Shown here one piece after another: positions 19,955 through 30,055 of a DNA stretch of 64,000 nucleotides. Location: IMG/VR virus record IMGVR_UViG_3300028581_000013; one strand, written 5' to 3'. Each line of letters begins with the position of its first letter. Positions within the stretch are counted from its first letter, which is position 1. The position numbers and the translations under genes were made by a program. The stretch is from a virus. Below the pieces are notes generated by a model. It worked only from the letters and a program-made list of their open reading frames with translations, did no database searches and was not told where the DNA came from.

Positions 19955-20491
19955 ATGGCAACTAAACAAAAACATTATATAAACAATGCTGATTTTTTAC
20001 AGGCTTTAATTGACTATAAATTGGCACAGAAGGAAGCTAAGAAGAACAAATTGCCTCCTCCACCCATTCCTAATTACATTGGTGAGTGCTTTATGAAGAT
20101 AGCAGAAGGTTTATCACACAAACCCAACTTCATTAATTACACTTACCGTGATGAAATGATGTCAGATGGTATTGAAAATTGTTTAATGTACTTTGATAAT
20201 TTTGATCCAAACAAATCTAAAAATCCATTTGCCTACTTTACACAGATTATCTATTATGCTTTTTTACGTAGAATTGGTAAAGAAAAGAAACAACTATATG
20301 TTAAATATAAAGCCACAGAACAAATGGGTATTTTGGATGAATTTGAAATGATGGAATTTGAAGATGGCACTTCAAGGCAGTTTGAACTGTATGATAATAT
20401 TGCCGAGTTTATAGAAACTTATGAATCAGCCAAGGCAAATAAAAAAACGGTGAATAAGCCAAAAGGTATTGAAAAGTTTATAGGAGAGTGA
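19955..20491 (+). CDS. gp55: Late-transcription sigma factor
   Basis: HYINNADF, YIGECFMKIAEGLSHKPNFINY, NPFAYFTQIIYYAFLRRI. Confidence 0.96.
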   Translation: MATKQKHYINNADFLQALIDYKLAQKEAKKNKLPPPPIPNYIGECFMKIAEGLSHKPNFINYTYRDEMMSDGIENCLMYFDNFDPNKSKNPFAYFTQIIYYAFLRRIGKEKKQLYVKYKATEQMGILDEFEMMEFEDGTSRQFELYDNIAEFIETYESAKANKKTVNKPKGIEKFIGE

Positions 20492-20495
20492 TATA

Positions 20496-20663
20496 ATGTA
20501 CAAAGTTTGTTATTACCCAACACAATCAGAAACAGTTGTGTTTTTTAAATGGTTTAAAACATTACAAGATGCTGCCTTTTTTGCTGGCAACAAACCTAAT
20601 GAATCCGTACTTGAGATAAAATATTATGATGACAATGAACATAGAAAACCAAACCGAAACTAA
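20496..20663 (+). CDS. Small hypothetical protein (55 aa, MYKVCYYPTQSE...), not in the ORF track
   Basis: AGGAG upstream; fills the gap after gp55. Confidence 0.55.
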   Translation: MYKVCYYPTQSETVVFFKWFKTLQDAAFFAGNKPNESVLEIKYYDDNEHRKPNRN

Positions 20664-21414
20664 AAAGATTATTGTTGTATCTGGTGGATTTGATCCACTA
20701 CATTCTGGCCATATTGCTTATTTGAATGAAGCCAAAAGCCTTGGCGACATTCTTGTTGTTGGTATTAATAGTGATGAGTGGTTGATTCGTAAAAAAGGCA
20801 AAGCCTTTATGAATTGGCACGACCGGTCTAAAATAATAAAAGCACTTAAATCTGTTGACTATGTTGTTAATTTTGATGACACAGATGATAGTGCAATTAG
20901 ACTATTAGATACAGTAAAGAAAACATGGCGTGATAACAATACTATATTCATATTTGCAAATGGTGGTGACAGAACTAAAGACAACATACCAGAAATGTCT
21001 GTTGATGGTGTTGAATTTGTTTTTGGTGTTGGTGGTCAAATCAAGTTAAATTCTTCTTCAAATTTATTGAACGAATGGAAATCTCCTAAAACAAAAAGAC
21101 CTTGGGGATTCTATCGTGTATTATATGAAACACCAAATACCAAAGTTAAGGAATTGGTTGTGGATCCTGGCCAATCTCTAACAATGCAAAGGCACCAATA
21201 TAGAAATGAACATTGGCATGTTGTTGAAGGAGAAGCAACAGTCATTGAAGAAAGAGCAAGTTCAAATTCAAAAAACATCTATTACAAACATAATACTGTA
21301 CACGTACCAATTAATGTCTGGCATCAATTACAAAACAATTCAAGTGAGCCTTTAAAAATTATAGAGATTCAGTATGGTGAAAAATGTGAAGAAGAAGATA
21401 TTGAGAGAAAATGA
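20626..21414 (+). CDS. HIGH-family sugar nucleotidyltransferase (RfaE/TagD-like) fused to a mannose-6-phosphate-isomerase-type cupin
   Basis: GGFDPLHSGH, FANGGDR; C-terminal RPWGFY...QRHQYRNEHW...IIEIQYGEKCEEEDIER. Confidence 0.85.
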   Translation: MMTMNIENQTETKKIIVVSGGFDPLHSGHIAYLNEAKSLGDILVVGINSDEWLIRKKGKAFMNWHDRSKIIKALKSVDYVVNFDDTDDSAIRLLDTVKKTWRDNNTIFIFANGGDRTKDNIPEMSVDGVEFVFGVGGQIKLNSSSNLLNEWKSPKTKRPWGFYRVLYETPNTKVKELVVDPGQSLTMQRHQYRNEHWHVVEGEATVIEERASSNSKNIYYKHNTVHVPINVWHQLQNNSSEPLKIIEIQYGEKCEEEDIERK

Positions 21415-22481
21415 AAATAGCTATTATAACTGACCAACATTTTGGTGCTCGTAATGATTCAATACATTTTTTAGATTATTATGAAAAATTTTATCGGGAC
21501 ACTTTTTTTACCACAATTGATGAGAACGGTATTGATACTGTTCTTATTTTAGGTGATACATTTGATCGCAGAAAGTATATAAACTTTTTTACACTCAAGC
21601 GTTCAAGAGAAATGTTCTTTGATAAGTTGTATGCAAAAGGCATACAGGTACATATGTTGGCTGGCAACCACGATACCTATTTTAAAAATACCAATGATGT
21701 GAACTCGGTTGATTTGCTGTTGCAAGAATACAGCAACATTAATGTAATTTCAAAACCAACCATTATTAATGTGAAGAATACAAATATCTGTATGGTACCT
21801 TGGGTTTGTCCTGAGAATTATAATGACTGTATGTCAGTTATATCTGATACCAATGCTGATATCTGTATGGGACACTTTGAAATTCAAGGCTTCGCTATGC
21901 ATCGTGGTATGCCAAGTCAAGAAGGATTAAGTCGTGAGTTATTCAGAAAGTTTGATTTTACTTTTAGCGGTCACTATCATCATCGGAGTTCATCTGACGG
22001 TATACATTATCTTGGAAACCCCTATGAACTTACTTGGCAAGATTATAATGACACTAGAGGTTTTCATCTTTTTGACCTTAGCACTCGGAGTCTTGATTTT
22101 ATAAAAAACCCAAATGTAATGTTTCATAGAATTGTTTATGATGATAAAGTGGAATCAATTACCGAAATCAATAATAAAGACTTGAGCAAGTATACCAATA
22201 CCTATGTTAAAGTTGTGGTAATTAATAAAACAAACCCCTATTTGTTTGACAAGTTCATGAACAATCTGTATAATGTAAATCCTGTTGATATTACCATTGC
22301 AGAAGATTTTACAGACTTGACAGAAGGTGTAGAAGATGATATGGTGGATCAAGCGGAAGATACTATTACAATTATTAATAAGTTTGTAGATGGTATTCAA
22401 GAAGAACACATTGATAATGAAAAGCTAAAAACAGTAATGCGTGAATTATATGTTGAGGCATTGAACCAAGAACAGGCATGA
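21411..22481 (+). CDS. gp47: Recombination nuclease subunit (Mre11/SbcD-like)
   Basis: ITDQHFG, LGDTFDRR, GNHD, SGHYH. Confidence 0.95.
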   Translation: MKIAIITDQHFGARNDSIHFLDYYEKFYRDTFFTTIDENGIDTVLILGDTFDRRKYINFFTLKRSREMFFDKLYAKGIQVHMLAGNHDTYFKNTNDVNSVDLLLQEYSNINVISKPTIINVKNTNICMVPWVCPENYNDCMSVISDTNADICMGHFEIQGFAMHRGMPSQEGLSRELFRKFDFTFSGHYHHRSSSDGIHYLGNPYELTWQDYNDTRGFHLFDLSTRSLDFIKNPNVMFHRIVYDDKVESITEINNKDLSKYTNTYVKVVVINKTNPYLFDKFMNNLYNVNPVDITIAEDFTDLTEGVEDDMVDQAEDTITIINKFVDGIQEEHIDNEKLKTVMRELYVEALNQEQA

Positions 22482-24193
22482 TTAAATTTGAAAAAGTCCG
22501 TTGGAAGAATTTTCTTTCAACAGGATTAAACTTTACTGAAATCAATCTAACCAAATCACCAAATACACTTATCATTGGTAATAATGGTGCAGGTAAATCT
22601 ACGATACTGGATGCCTTGTGTTTTGGTCTCTTTGGTAAACCATTTCGTAAAATCAATAAACCACAATTACCAAATTCTATCAACCAAGCGGACTGCATTG
22701 TTGAGATTGAGTTTTCTATTGGTAAAAAACAATACAAAGTAATTCGAGGTATCAAACCAAATACATTTGAAGTGTATTGTAATGGCATAATGGTTGACCA
22801 AGATGCCAAAGCTAAAGACTATCAAGAACACTTAGAGAAGTTTATTCTCAAATTAAACTATAAATCATTTACTCAAGTGGTAATTCTTGGTTCAGCTTCG
22901 TTTGTTCCGTTCATGCAATTATCACCAGCAGACCGTAGAGCCATTATTGAGGACTTACTAGACATTCAAATCTTTTCGTCTATGAATGGTGTGGTTAAAG
23001 AGAAAATGGCCACCATAAAAGATACCTCCACCAAAAACAAATATGAAATGGATTTGACATCTGAGAAGATTAATTTTCAAAAACAAAGTATTGAAGAACA
23101 CCGAAAACATAATGATGCCGAGATTGAAAAAAAACAAAAAGATATTACAGATTCAGAAAAACAGGTCAAGAAGTTGAACAAAGATATTGGATTGATTCAG
23201 AAACACATTGATGTGTTGAATAGTAAGATATCGGATCAAATGGCCATGCAAAAAAAGAGTGGCAAACTGGTTCAATTAGAATCTAAACTAGAATCTCGTT
23301 TAAAGAAGATTGAAAAAGAAGTTGGATTCTACCATGATAATAGTGATTGTCCCACTTGCAAACAAGGCATAGAACAAGAATTTAGGGAACAACAAATTAC
23401 CACACTAAACAACACCAAGGTTGAAGTTAATGATGCACTAACAGGTATAGCAAAACAGATTGCTGAAACAAGTGATAGAATTGATGCCATACAGAAAATA
23501 ATTCAACACATACAGGCACATAATAATGAAATAGTCAAACACAATTCTACTATTACAGCAGTAAATAGTTTTATTGGTAAATTACAAAATGAAATTAATG
23601 ATTTATCTAATCGTAAAGATAACCTAGAAGAAGAAAATGCCAAACTAAGAGAACTCAGAACACATTTGGCTGAATTGATTACCAAACGAGAAGAACTATC
23701 TACAGAAAAACAATATTATGAATTTGCTGGCAACTTGTTAAAAGATACTGGTATTAAAACAAAGATTATTCGCCAATACTTACCTATTATGAATAAACTA
23801 ATTAATAAGTATTTGACAGCCATGGACTTCTTTGTGAACTTCAATATCAATGAATCGTTTGAAGAAACAATTAAATCAAGGCACCGTGATGAATTTAGTT
23901 ATGCCAACTTTTCAGAAGGTGAAAAAATGCGAATCGATTTGGCACTATTGTTTACATGGCGACAGATTGCCAAATTAAAGAATAGCACAAACACCAATCT
24001 ATTGATTCTCGATGAGGTATTCGATTCTTCTTTAGATGGTGTTGGCACAGAAGAATTTTTAAAACTAATTCATGAGATGGGCAACGATACAAACATATTT
24101 GTTATATCACATAAAGGTGACCAACTATTTGATAAGTTTAGGTCAATCATTAAATTTGAAAAGAAAAACAATTTCAGTCAGGTGGCAAAATGA
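22478..24193 (+). CDS. gp46: Recombination ATPase subunit (Rad50/SbcC-like)
   Basis: GNNGAGKST, CPTC zinc hook, FSEGEKMRID, LILDEVFD. Confidence 0.96.
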   Translation: MIKFEKVRWKNFLSTGLNFTEINLTKSPNTLIIGNNGAGKSTILDALCFGLFGKPFRKINKPQLPNSINQADCIVEIEFSIGKKQYKVIRGIKPNTFEVYCNGIMVDQDAKAKDYQEHLEKFILKLNYKSFTQVVILGSASFVPFMQLSPADRRAIIEDLLDIQIFSSMNGVVKEKMATIKDTSTKNKYEMDLTSEKINFQKQSIEEHRKHNDAEIEKKQKDITDSEKQVKKLNKDIGLIQKHIDVLNSKISDQMAMQKKSGKLVQLESKLESRLKKIEKEVGFYHDNSDCPTCKQGIEQEFREQQITTLNNTKVEVNDALTGIAKQIAETSDRIDAIQKIIQHIQAHNNEIVKHNSTITAVNSFIGKLQNEINDLSNRKDNLEEENAKLRELRTHLAELITKREELSTEKQYYEFAGNLLKDTGIKTKIIRQYLPIMNKLINKYLTAMDFFVNFNINESFEETIKSRHRDEFSYANFSEGEKMRIDLALLFTWRQIAKLKNSTNTNLLILDEVFDSSLDGVGTEEFLKLIHEMGNDTNIFVISHKGDQLFDKFRSIIKFEKKNNFSQVAK

Positions 24194-24735
24194 GTATATT
24201 AAGAGATTATACAAACGCTAAACATAGAGAAGCAGAAGCAAAACCATTTGTTCAGTACCTATTACATGGTAATATTACACCAGAACATTATGCTTTGTAT
24301 TTAAAACAGATGTCGGTTATATATGGTGCAATAGAATATTTTGCAGAAATGTCTTTATTATTACTTGATTTAAAGGACATAAAAAGAAAAGATTATATTT
24401 ACGAAGATTTGTATGAACTTGGCCATACAACATTCGAACCTACGTTATCAGCAACAGAAAAATATAGACAAAGGATAATTGATTTATATTATTTGGATAA
24501 GAAAAAAGATATCTTTGCTCATGTGTATGTTCGTCATATGGGTGATTTATATGGGGGTAAAGCAATTGCTAAACGAGTTCCTGGTTCTGGTAAAGCATAT
24601 CAATTTGAAGATCGACCAGGATTAATCAAAGCAATTGATTCAAAATTGAGCTTAGATTTGGTCGATGAGGCTTTAATAGGTTTTGACCTTTCTATGGGTG
24701 TATTTGATGAATTGCAGGAGAAAATAAATGAGTGA
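24190..24735 (+). CDS. Heme oxygenase
   Basis: LRDYTNAKHREAE (proximal His), AHVYVRHMGDLYGG distal helix. Confidence 0.88.
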   Translation: MSILRDYTNAKHREAEAKPFVQYLLHGNITPEHYALYLKQMSVIYGAIEYFAEMSLLLLDLKDIKRKDYIYEDLYELGHTTFEPTLSATEKYRQRIIDLYYLDKKKDIFAHVYVRHMGDLYGGKAIAKRVPGSGKAYQFEDRPGLIKAIDSKLSLDLVDEALIGFDLSMGVFDELQEKINE

Positions 24736-25300
24736 AATTTTTAAGTATGATACAGAAGTAGCTTCCAAAGTTGAAGTAAAAAAACAACAATCGAAATATT
24801 TTAAATTGGTAAATGAAAACGATCCAATTTTAAAACAGGTATTACCACAATTTGATTTTAAAAATCCTCCCGTTAATCCAGAAGAATTTGTGGAGTCTTT
24901 AGCCGAAACCTGTAAACTTCATCGTGGTATTGGACTGTCAGCAAATCAATGTGGATTTTCATATCGTGTATTTGTAATGGGTGCCGGAGATGAATATGTG
25001 GCATATTTTAATCCTAAGATAACGGCAAAAACCGAAGAAGAAGTTCACATGATAGAAGGTTGTTTATCTTTTCCTTTTTTAGGTTTAAGGATTACCAGAC
25101 CAAAAGAAATTATGGTTGAATACCAGAATTATCATGGAGAAATAAAACAGGCAAAATTTGATGGCATATCTGCTCGTTGTTTTCAACATGAGCTTGACCA
25201 CATGAATGGTATCGTGTATACTAGTCATACAAAGCCAATGGCTTTACAGTCAGGTATGAATAAAAGAAATAAAATCATGAGAAAGTTGAAACTCAAATAA
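24728..25300 (+). CDS. def: Peptide deformylase
   Basis: GIGLSANQCG, EGCLSF, QHELDH. Confidence 0.95.
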   Translation: MSEIFKYDTEVASKVEVKKQQSKYFKLVNENDPILKQVLPQFDFKNPPVNPEEFVESLAETCKLHRGIGLSANQCGFSYRVFVMGAGDEYVAYFNPKITAKTEEEVHMIEGCLSFPFLGLRITRPKEIMVEYQNYHGEIKQAKFDGISARCFQHELDHMNGIVYTSHTKPMALQSGMNKRNKIMRKLKLK

Positions 25301-26565
25301 TGGCAAGAGTAGAACCCGTAGAAACACAATGGAAAAGGTGGACAGAAAAAAATCCATCGGACCAGATTCGGCATATTGATAAAGAACAGTTAACAAAAAC
25401 TGTTACTCAAGATTTAGAATATGCCTCTCAAATGGATGTTCGTGAATATACTTTATATCAAAAATGGTGTGAAGTAAAAGAAAGATATCCAGGCAAAGCT
25501 AGTGTGAATATGTTTGGTGATCCAGATATTTCTTGGGAAGATGATGCACAAGCAGCTATTATAAACAAAGTAAAAAACAATATTTGGGTTCCTAAAGATG
25601 TGGATGATTTTCAAAACCTAGAACCTCAAATGTATCTGGCTAATACTAATCGTGTTGATGAATGGAATGCTATAAGAACATTTTCTTCTACAATGAAAAA
25701 CAATTCTAATATTGGAAGAAATTTATATTACATTGTTAAAGATAAAAAAACGAATAAGTATCTTGGTGTTATCTGTATCTCATCAGACTTTTTAGATTTA
25801 ACTCCTAGAGATAAAGCAATTGGCTGGTCCAGAGATGTGAAAACATCACAGAGTATGATTAACCACACAGCAATAGGTTCAACAATTGTACCACTACAAC
25901 CTCTTGGATATAATTACATGGGTGGTAAATTACTCGCATTATTATGTTTATCTGACAAAGTTCAAAATGATTGGAAAGAAAGATATGGTGATGTTTTGGT
26001 AGGAGTTACAACCACTTCATTATATGGAAAAACTAAAGCGGGTGGTCTTTCTCAATATGACGGCCTCGAGCATTGGAATTCTATGGGATTCTCCTCTGGC
26101 TCTGTTGCCTTTGAACCAACAAAACAAACCAAACAGTTGATTTTTGATTGGATAAAAGAAAACCATACTCGCAAATATTTTGAATGGTGGGAAGCAAAGA
26201 ATCCACAAGGATTGCCACTCAAACGAGATCACAAAAATCGTTCATTACATTTTGCTTATCCAAAACTTGGTATATCAAAAGACAAAACTAGAACAGAACA
26301 CCAACGTGGTATATATTTTAGTTATCTCTATAATAACACTTGTGAATTTTTACGAAAAGAAATTACAGAAGATAAACTGGTAAAGTCGTTTGATACCAGT
26401 GAAGAAGCGTTAACAAACATCTGGAAAACAAAGTATGCCAAAGGTCGTATTCGGCAACTACAAAAGAAAAACAATGTTTCATATGAAACACTTTTCTATG
26501 ATGATTTGATTTATTTAACTTGGGAAGAAACCAAGGCAAAGTATTTGCCACAAGTTGGCAGATAA
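25300..26565 (+). CDS. DUF4338/DruA-like protein, paralog 1
   Basis: LTPRDKAIGW, IVPLQPLGYNYMGGKLLALLC, TTTSLYG, SQYDG. Confidence 0.65.
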   Translation: MARVEPVETQWKRWTEKNPSDQIRHIDKEQLTKTVTQDLEYASQMDVREYTLYQKWCEVKERYPGKASVNMFGDPDISWEDDAQAAIINKVKNNIWVPKDVDDFQNLEPQMYLANTNRVDEWNAIRTFSSTMKNNSNIGRNLYYIVKDKKTNKYLGVICISSDFLDLTPRDKAIGWSRDVKTSQSMINHTAIGSTIVPLQPLGYNYMGGKLLALLCLSDKVQNDWKERYGDVLVGVTTTSLYGKTKAGGLSQYDGLEHWNSMGFSSGSVAFEPTKQTKQLIFDWIKENHTRKYFEWWEAKNPQGLPLKRDHKNRSLHFAYPKLGISKDKTRTEHQRGIYFSYLYNNTCEFLRKEITEDKLVKSFDTSEEALTNIWKTKYAKGRIRQLQKKNNVSYETLFYDDLIYLTWEETKAKYLPQVGR

Positions 26566-26586
26566 TCAAGTATGCCACAAATATAC

Positions 26587-26616
26587 TTGACACACACACA
26601 TATATAATGTTATGAT
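26587..26616 (+). promoter_or_regulatory. Sigma70-type promoter TTGACA-N18-TATGAT with extended -10 TG
   Basis: Intergenic, upstream of the HTH gene. Confidence 0.7.
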
Positions 26617-26671
26617 GTGAGAACTTGCAATACGCAAGGATTTATTTTTAACTATGATTGGAGTTTATATA

Positions 26672-26941
26672 ATGGCTAAGTTATCAGCTAAAGAGCGCAT
26701 GCTCAACACACTAAAGAAGCAAGACGGTTATAACACTTTTACAACTGCTCAAGCACAACGCCGTTTCGGCATCAGCAATGTTTCTGCTCGTATCGATGAG
26801 CTGCGTCAAGAAGGTCATTGCATCTATACTAACACCCGCACAACCGGTGATGGTCGTAAAGTTAGTTTCTATCGTTTAGGTACACCAACTAAAGCGATGG
26901 TTCAAGCTGCCTTACGTGCTGGGTATTCTTTCGCAGCCTAA
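26672..26941 (+). CDS. Small winged-helix DNA-binding protein
   Basis: FTTAQAQRRFGISNVSARIDELRQEGHCI...YRLG; own promoter and terminator; GGAG SD. Confidence 0.7.
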   Translation: MAKLSAKERMLNTLKKQDGYNTFTTAQAQRRFGISNVSARIDELRQEGHCIYTNTRTTGDGRKVSFYRLGTPTKAMVQAALRAGYSFAA

Positions 26942-26952
26942 TTTAAGGTTAT

Positions 26953-26985
26953 AGGGGAAGTCGTTCATCGGCATCCCCTTTTTTT
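26953..26985 (+). terminator. Intrinsic terminator
   Basis: AGGGGA-A-GTCG...CGGC-A-TCCCCT followed by a T-run. Confidence 0.8.
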
Positions 26986-27000
26986 ATTCTCGGAGAACAA

Positions 27001-27819
27001 ATGGAAATTTCAATAAAAAAAGAGGACTTACAAAAGAAAAGTCTATTCGTAGCCACACCAATGTATGGTGGCATGAATCATGGACTATACATGAAAGCTT
27101 GTTTAGACTTACAAGGAATGTGTGTTCAATACGGAATTAATATTAAATTTTCATTTCTTTTCAACGAATCATTAATCACTCGTGCCAGAAACTATTTGGT
27201 GGACGAATTCATTCATCGTTCTGATTGCACACATATGTTGTTTATTGATTCCGATATTCATTTTAATCCACAAGATGTGATTGCTTTATTGGCCATGGAC
27301 AATGAAGTTTCTGGTGGTCCTTATCCCAAGAAAGCAATTAAGTGGAAATCTGTAAAGACTGCTATTGTAAAAAATCCTGAAATTGATCCTGCTATTTTAG
27401 AAAAAGTTACTGGTGATTATGTTTTCAATCCAGTCAAAGGTACAGCACAATTTAATGTTACTGAACCATTAGAAGTATTGGAGATTGGTACAGGATTTAT
27501 GATGATTAAACGTGATGTTTTTAAAAAGATGGAAGAAGCATATCCAATGATTCGTTATAAACCAGACCATGTTGGTCAACAACACTTTGATGGCACTCGC
27601 TACATTCATGCTTTCTTTGATACGGTTATTGACACAAAAGATAGTATTGTTGGCGGTGGTTCTGAGCGATATCTAAGTGAAGATTATATGTTTTGCCAAA
27701 TGTGGCGTAAGATTGGTGGTAAAATTCATTTGTGTCCTTGGATGAGAACATCTCATATTGGTACGTATCATTTCCAAGGAGATATGCCAGCTGTGGCCAA
27801 TTTTGTTGGAGAAATGTAA
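27001..27819 (+). CDS. GT-A fold glycosyltransferase-like protein
   Basis: FVATPMYGG, SLITRARN, HMLFIDSDI (DxD), GTGFMMI, LSEDYMFC. Confidence 0.75.
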   Translation: MEISIKKEDLQKKSLFVATPMYGGMNHGLYMKACLDLQGMCVQYGINIKFSFLFNESLITRARNYLVDEFIHRSDCTHMLFIDSDIHFNPQDVIALLAMDNEVSGGPYPKKAIKWKSVKTAIVKNPEIDPAILEKVTGDYVFNPVKGTAQFNVTEPLEVLEIGTGFMMIKRDVFKKMEEAYPMIRYKPDHVGQQHFDGTRYIHAFFDTVIDTKDSIVGGGSERYLSEDYMFCQMWRKIGGKIHLCPWMRTSHIGTYHFQGDMPAVANFVGEM

Positions 27820-28178
27820 TGAGTGATGTGAATGGTCCTTTTGGTTATAAAATTGCAGATGAGGTTAAGGCTTCACAAAATGCAACCACCGGGGGCCGTA
27901 AATTTGATGGTGGTAAATTACAATACGGGTTATTACCGCCAGCAGCTTTAAAAGCAACAGTTGAAATCCTTACGTTTGGTGCAGAAAAGTATGAACCAGA
28001 CAATTGGAAGTATGTACCAGATTCTAAACGTAGGTATTTTGATGCCATGCAACGGCACCTGTGGGCTTGGAAAGAAGGAGAGATTAGTGATCCTGAATCT
28101 GGTAAACATCACTTGGCACACGCAATGTGCTGCTTGATGTTTCTGTATGAACATGATACAATATATTCGAAGCAGTAA
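27819..28178 (+). CDS. dATP/dGTP diphosphohydrolase (DUF5664-like)
   Basis: GRKFDGGK, TFGAEKY..DNW, RH, DPESGKHHLAHAMCC; ATG overlaps the previous stop. Confidence 0.82.
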   Translation: MSDVNGPFGYKIADEVKASQNATTGGRKFDGGKLQYGLLPPAALKATVEILTFGAEKYEPDNWKYVPDSKRRYFDAMQRHLWAWKEGEISDPESGKHHLAHAMCCLMFLYEHDTIYSKQ

Positions 28179-28198
28179 TTTTTATAATGGAGAAAACA

Positions 28199-28870
28199 AT
28201 GAAGTTATCAAATGAAACATTGGCAGTATTAAAGAATTTTTCGGCAATCAATCAAGGCATTCAGTTTAAGAAAGGCACAAAACTTACCACAGTATCCGCT
28301 GGTAAAACTGTTTTGGCACAAGCCACTCTTAAAGATGAATTTCCACAAGACTTTTGTGTATATGATTTGAATCAATTTTTGTCGGTACATTCTTTACATA
28401 AAGATTCTGAATTGAGTTTTGACGATTCAAATGTTATTTTTAAATCTGGTCGTTCTAGTACAAAGTATCGTAAAACGGCAAAAGAAATGATTGTAACTCC
28501 TCCAGAGAAAGAAATCTCTTTGCCTTCTGTTGATGTGTCTTTCACTTTAACAGAAGAAGATTATGCAAACATCATGAAGGTAGCTAGTGTGTTGGGTTCG
28601 CCACACATTGCTGTTGAATCTGATGGAGAGTTCGTTCAATTGGCAGCTTTTGATTCTCTAGACGATTCGGCTCACACCAACTCGATTCAAGTTGGCCAAG
28701 GTGATGGTAAAAAGTATAAGATTGTTTTCAAGACTGAAAATATCAAATTAATTCCTGGAAGTTATTCTGTTGAAATTTCTTTCAAAGGTATTGGCCACTT
28801 TAAAAATACTAAAGATGCCATTGAGTATTGGATTGCTTTTGAAGCAAAAGAAACAAAGATTGGAGATTAA
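28199..28870 (+). CDS. gp45: Sliding clamp
   Basis: MKLSNETLAVLKNFSAINQGI, YDLNQFL, YWIAFE. Confidence 0.95.
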   Translation: MKLSNETLAVLKNFSAINQGIQFKKGTKLTTVSAGKTVLAQATLKDEFPQDFCVYDLNQFLSVHSLHKDSELSFDDSNVIFKSGRSSTKYRKTAKEMIVTPPEKEISLPSVDVSFTLTEEDYANIMKVASVLGSPHIAVESDGEFVQLAAFDSLDDSAHTNSIQVGQGDGKKYKIVFKTENIKLIPGSYSVEISFKGIGHFKNTKDAIEYWIAFEAKETKIGD

Positions 28871-28871
28871 T

Positions 28872-29063
28872 ATGTTGGTTAATTTTACTGATTCCACAAC
28901 AAATGAATCTATTGCTATCAACTTAGCCAATCTAGTTTGTGTCTTTACAGTTAAAGAAGAAGGCGTTGAGAAAACAGTTATCAATATGATTAATGGTAAC
29001 GTTGCTGTAAAAGAAAACTATTTGGAAACTGTTGGTAGAATCAATGCAGAAATGCCTAGGTAA
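28872..29063 (+). CDS. Small hypothetical protein (FlbD-like pattern)
   Basis: ATG 28872 with GGAG; IAINLANLV...TVINM...VKENYLETVGRI. Confidence 0.55.
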   Translation: MLVNFTDSTTNESIAINLANLVCVFTVKEEGVEKTVINMINGNVAVKENYLETVGRINAEMPR

Positions 29064-29119
29064 TTATTTTGAAAGTAGTAAAGAAGTGTTGAGAAGTTAT
29101 TATATTATGGGAGTGTTAA

Positions 29120-30055
29120 ATGGAACATTTACTTTGGGTCGAGAAGTACCGTCCAAAAACAATTGAAGATTGTATTTTACCAGATGCGATCAAGGAAACT
29201 TTTCAGGAGTACGTTAAAAGAAAAGAAATACCAAATCTTCTTTTATCTGGTACGGCAGGTGTCGGAAAAACAACTGTTGCTAAAGCTTTATGCAATGAGG
29301 TTGGTTGTGATTTTATTGTCATCAATGGCTCTGACGAGTCTGGCATTGATGTGCTTCGCAACAAAATTAAGAATTATGCTTCATCAGTTTCTCTCACTGG
29401 CGGCCGAAAAGTCATCATCATTGATGAGGCTGATTATCTTAACCCTAATTCGACTCAACCTGCTTTACGGGGAGCCATTGAAGAATTCTCATCGAATTGC
29501 TCGTTCATCTTCACATGCAATTTCAAAAACCGTATTATCGATCCAATACACTCTCGGTGTTCTGTTATTGATTTTAAAATCAACGGTTCTAAACCAAAAC
29601 TGGCTGCACAATTCTTTAAAAGAGTTGAAGGTATCTTACAACAAGAGAATATCAAATATTCAAAAGATGTTGTCGCATCCATCATCACGAAACACTTTCC
29701 TGACAATCGAAGAATTCTTAACGAACTTCAGCGTTATTCTGTGTCAGGTTCGATTGATAGTGGGATTCTGTCTAATATTGCTGATATACAACTTGATAAT
29801 CTTATTAAGTCGTTAAAAGAAAAAGACTTTGCCTCTGCTCGTAAGTGGGTCACCAACAATCTAGATAATGATCCTGTTAAAGTTTATCGCAAACTTTATG
29901 ATGGTCTATATGATGCTCTTGATGCCAGTTCAGTTCCACAACTTGTTCTTATTCTTGCTAAGTATCAATATCAATCCGCTTTTGTGGCTGACCACGAAAT
30001 CAATATGACTGCTTGTTTAACCGAAATTATGGTAGATTGTGAGTTTAAAAAATGA
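29120..30055 (+). CDS. gp44: Clamp loader large subunit
   Basis: LWVEKYRP, GTAGVGKTT, IIDEAD, SRC. Confidence 0.97.
   Translation: MEHLLWVEKYRPKTIEDCILPDAIKETFQEYVKRKEIPNLLLSGTAGVGKTTVAKALCNEVGCDFIVINGSDESGIDVLRNKIKNYASSVSLTGGRKVIIIDEADYLNPNSTQPALRGAIEEFSSNCSFIFTCNFKNRIIDPIHSRCSVIDFKINGSKPKLAAQFFKRVEGILQQENIKYSKDVVASIITKHFPDNRRILNELQRYSVSGSIDSGILSNIADIQLDNLIKSLKEKDFASARKWVTNNLDNDPVKVYRKLYDGLYDALDASSVPQLVLILAKYQYQSAFVADHEINMTACLTEIMVDCEFKK

Noticed and set aside
25300-26565. Calling the DUF4338-like genes a Druantia defence system
   Set aside because: No DruE-like helicase or other Dru genes adjacent; the context is phage replication
27819-28178. Calling a Z-genome or deazaguanine pathway from DUF5664 alone
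   Set aside because: No PurZ, QueC/D/E, FolE or DpdA in this window
29163-29816. 217-aa +1-frame ORF inside gp44
   Set aside because: The Leu/Ile/Ser-rich product is what T-ending codons give in the +1 frame; TTG start without SD; similar shadows occur in other genes. Not fully excluded because of its length.
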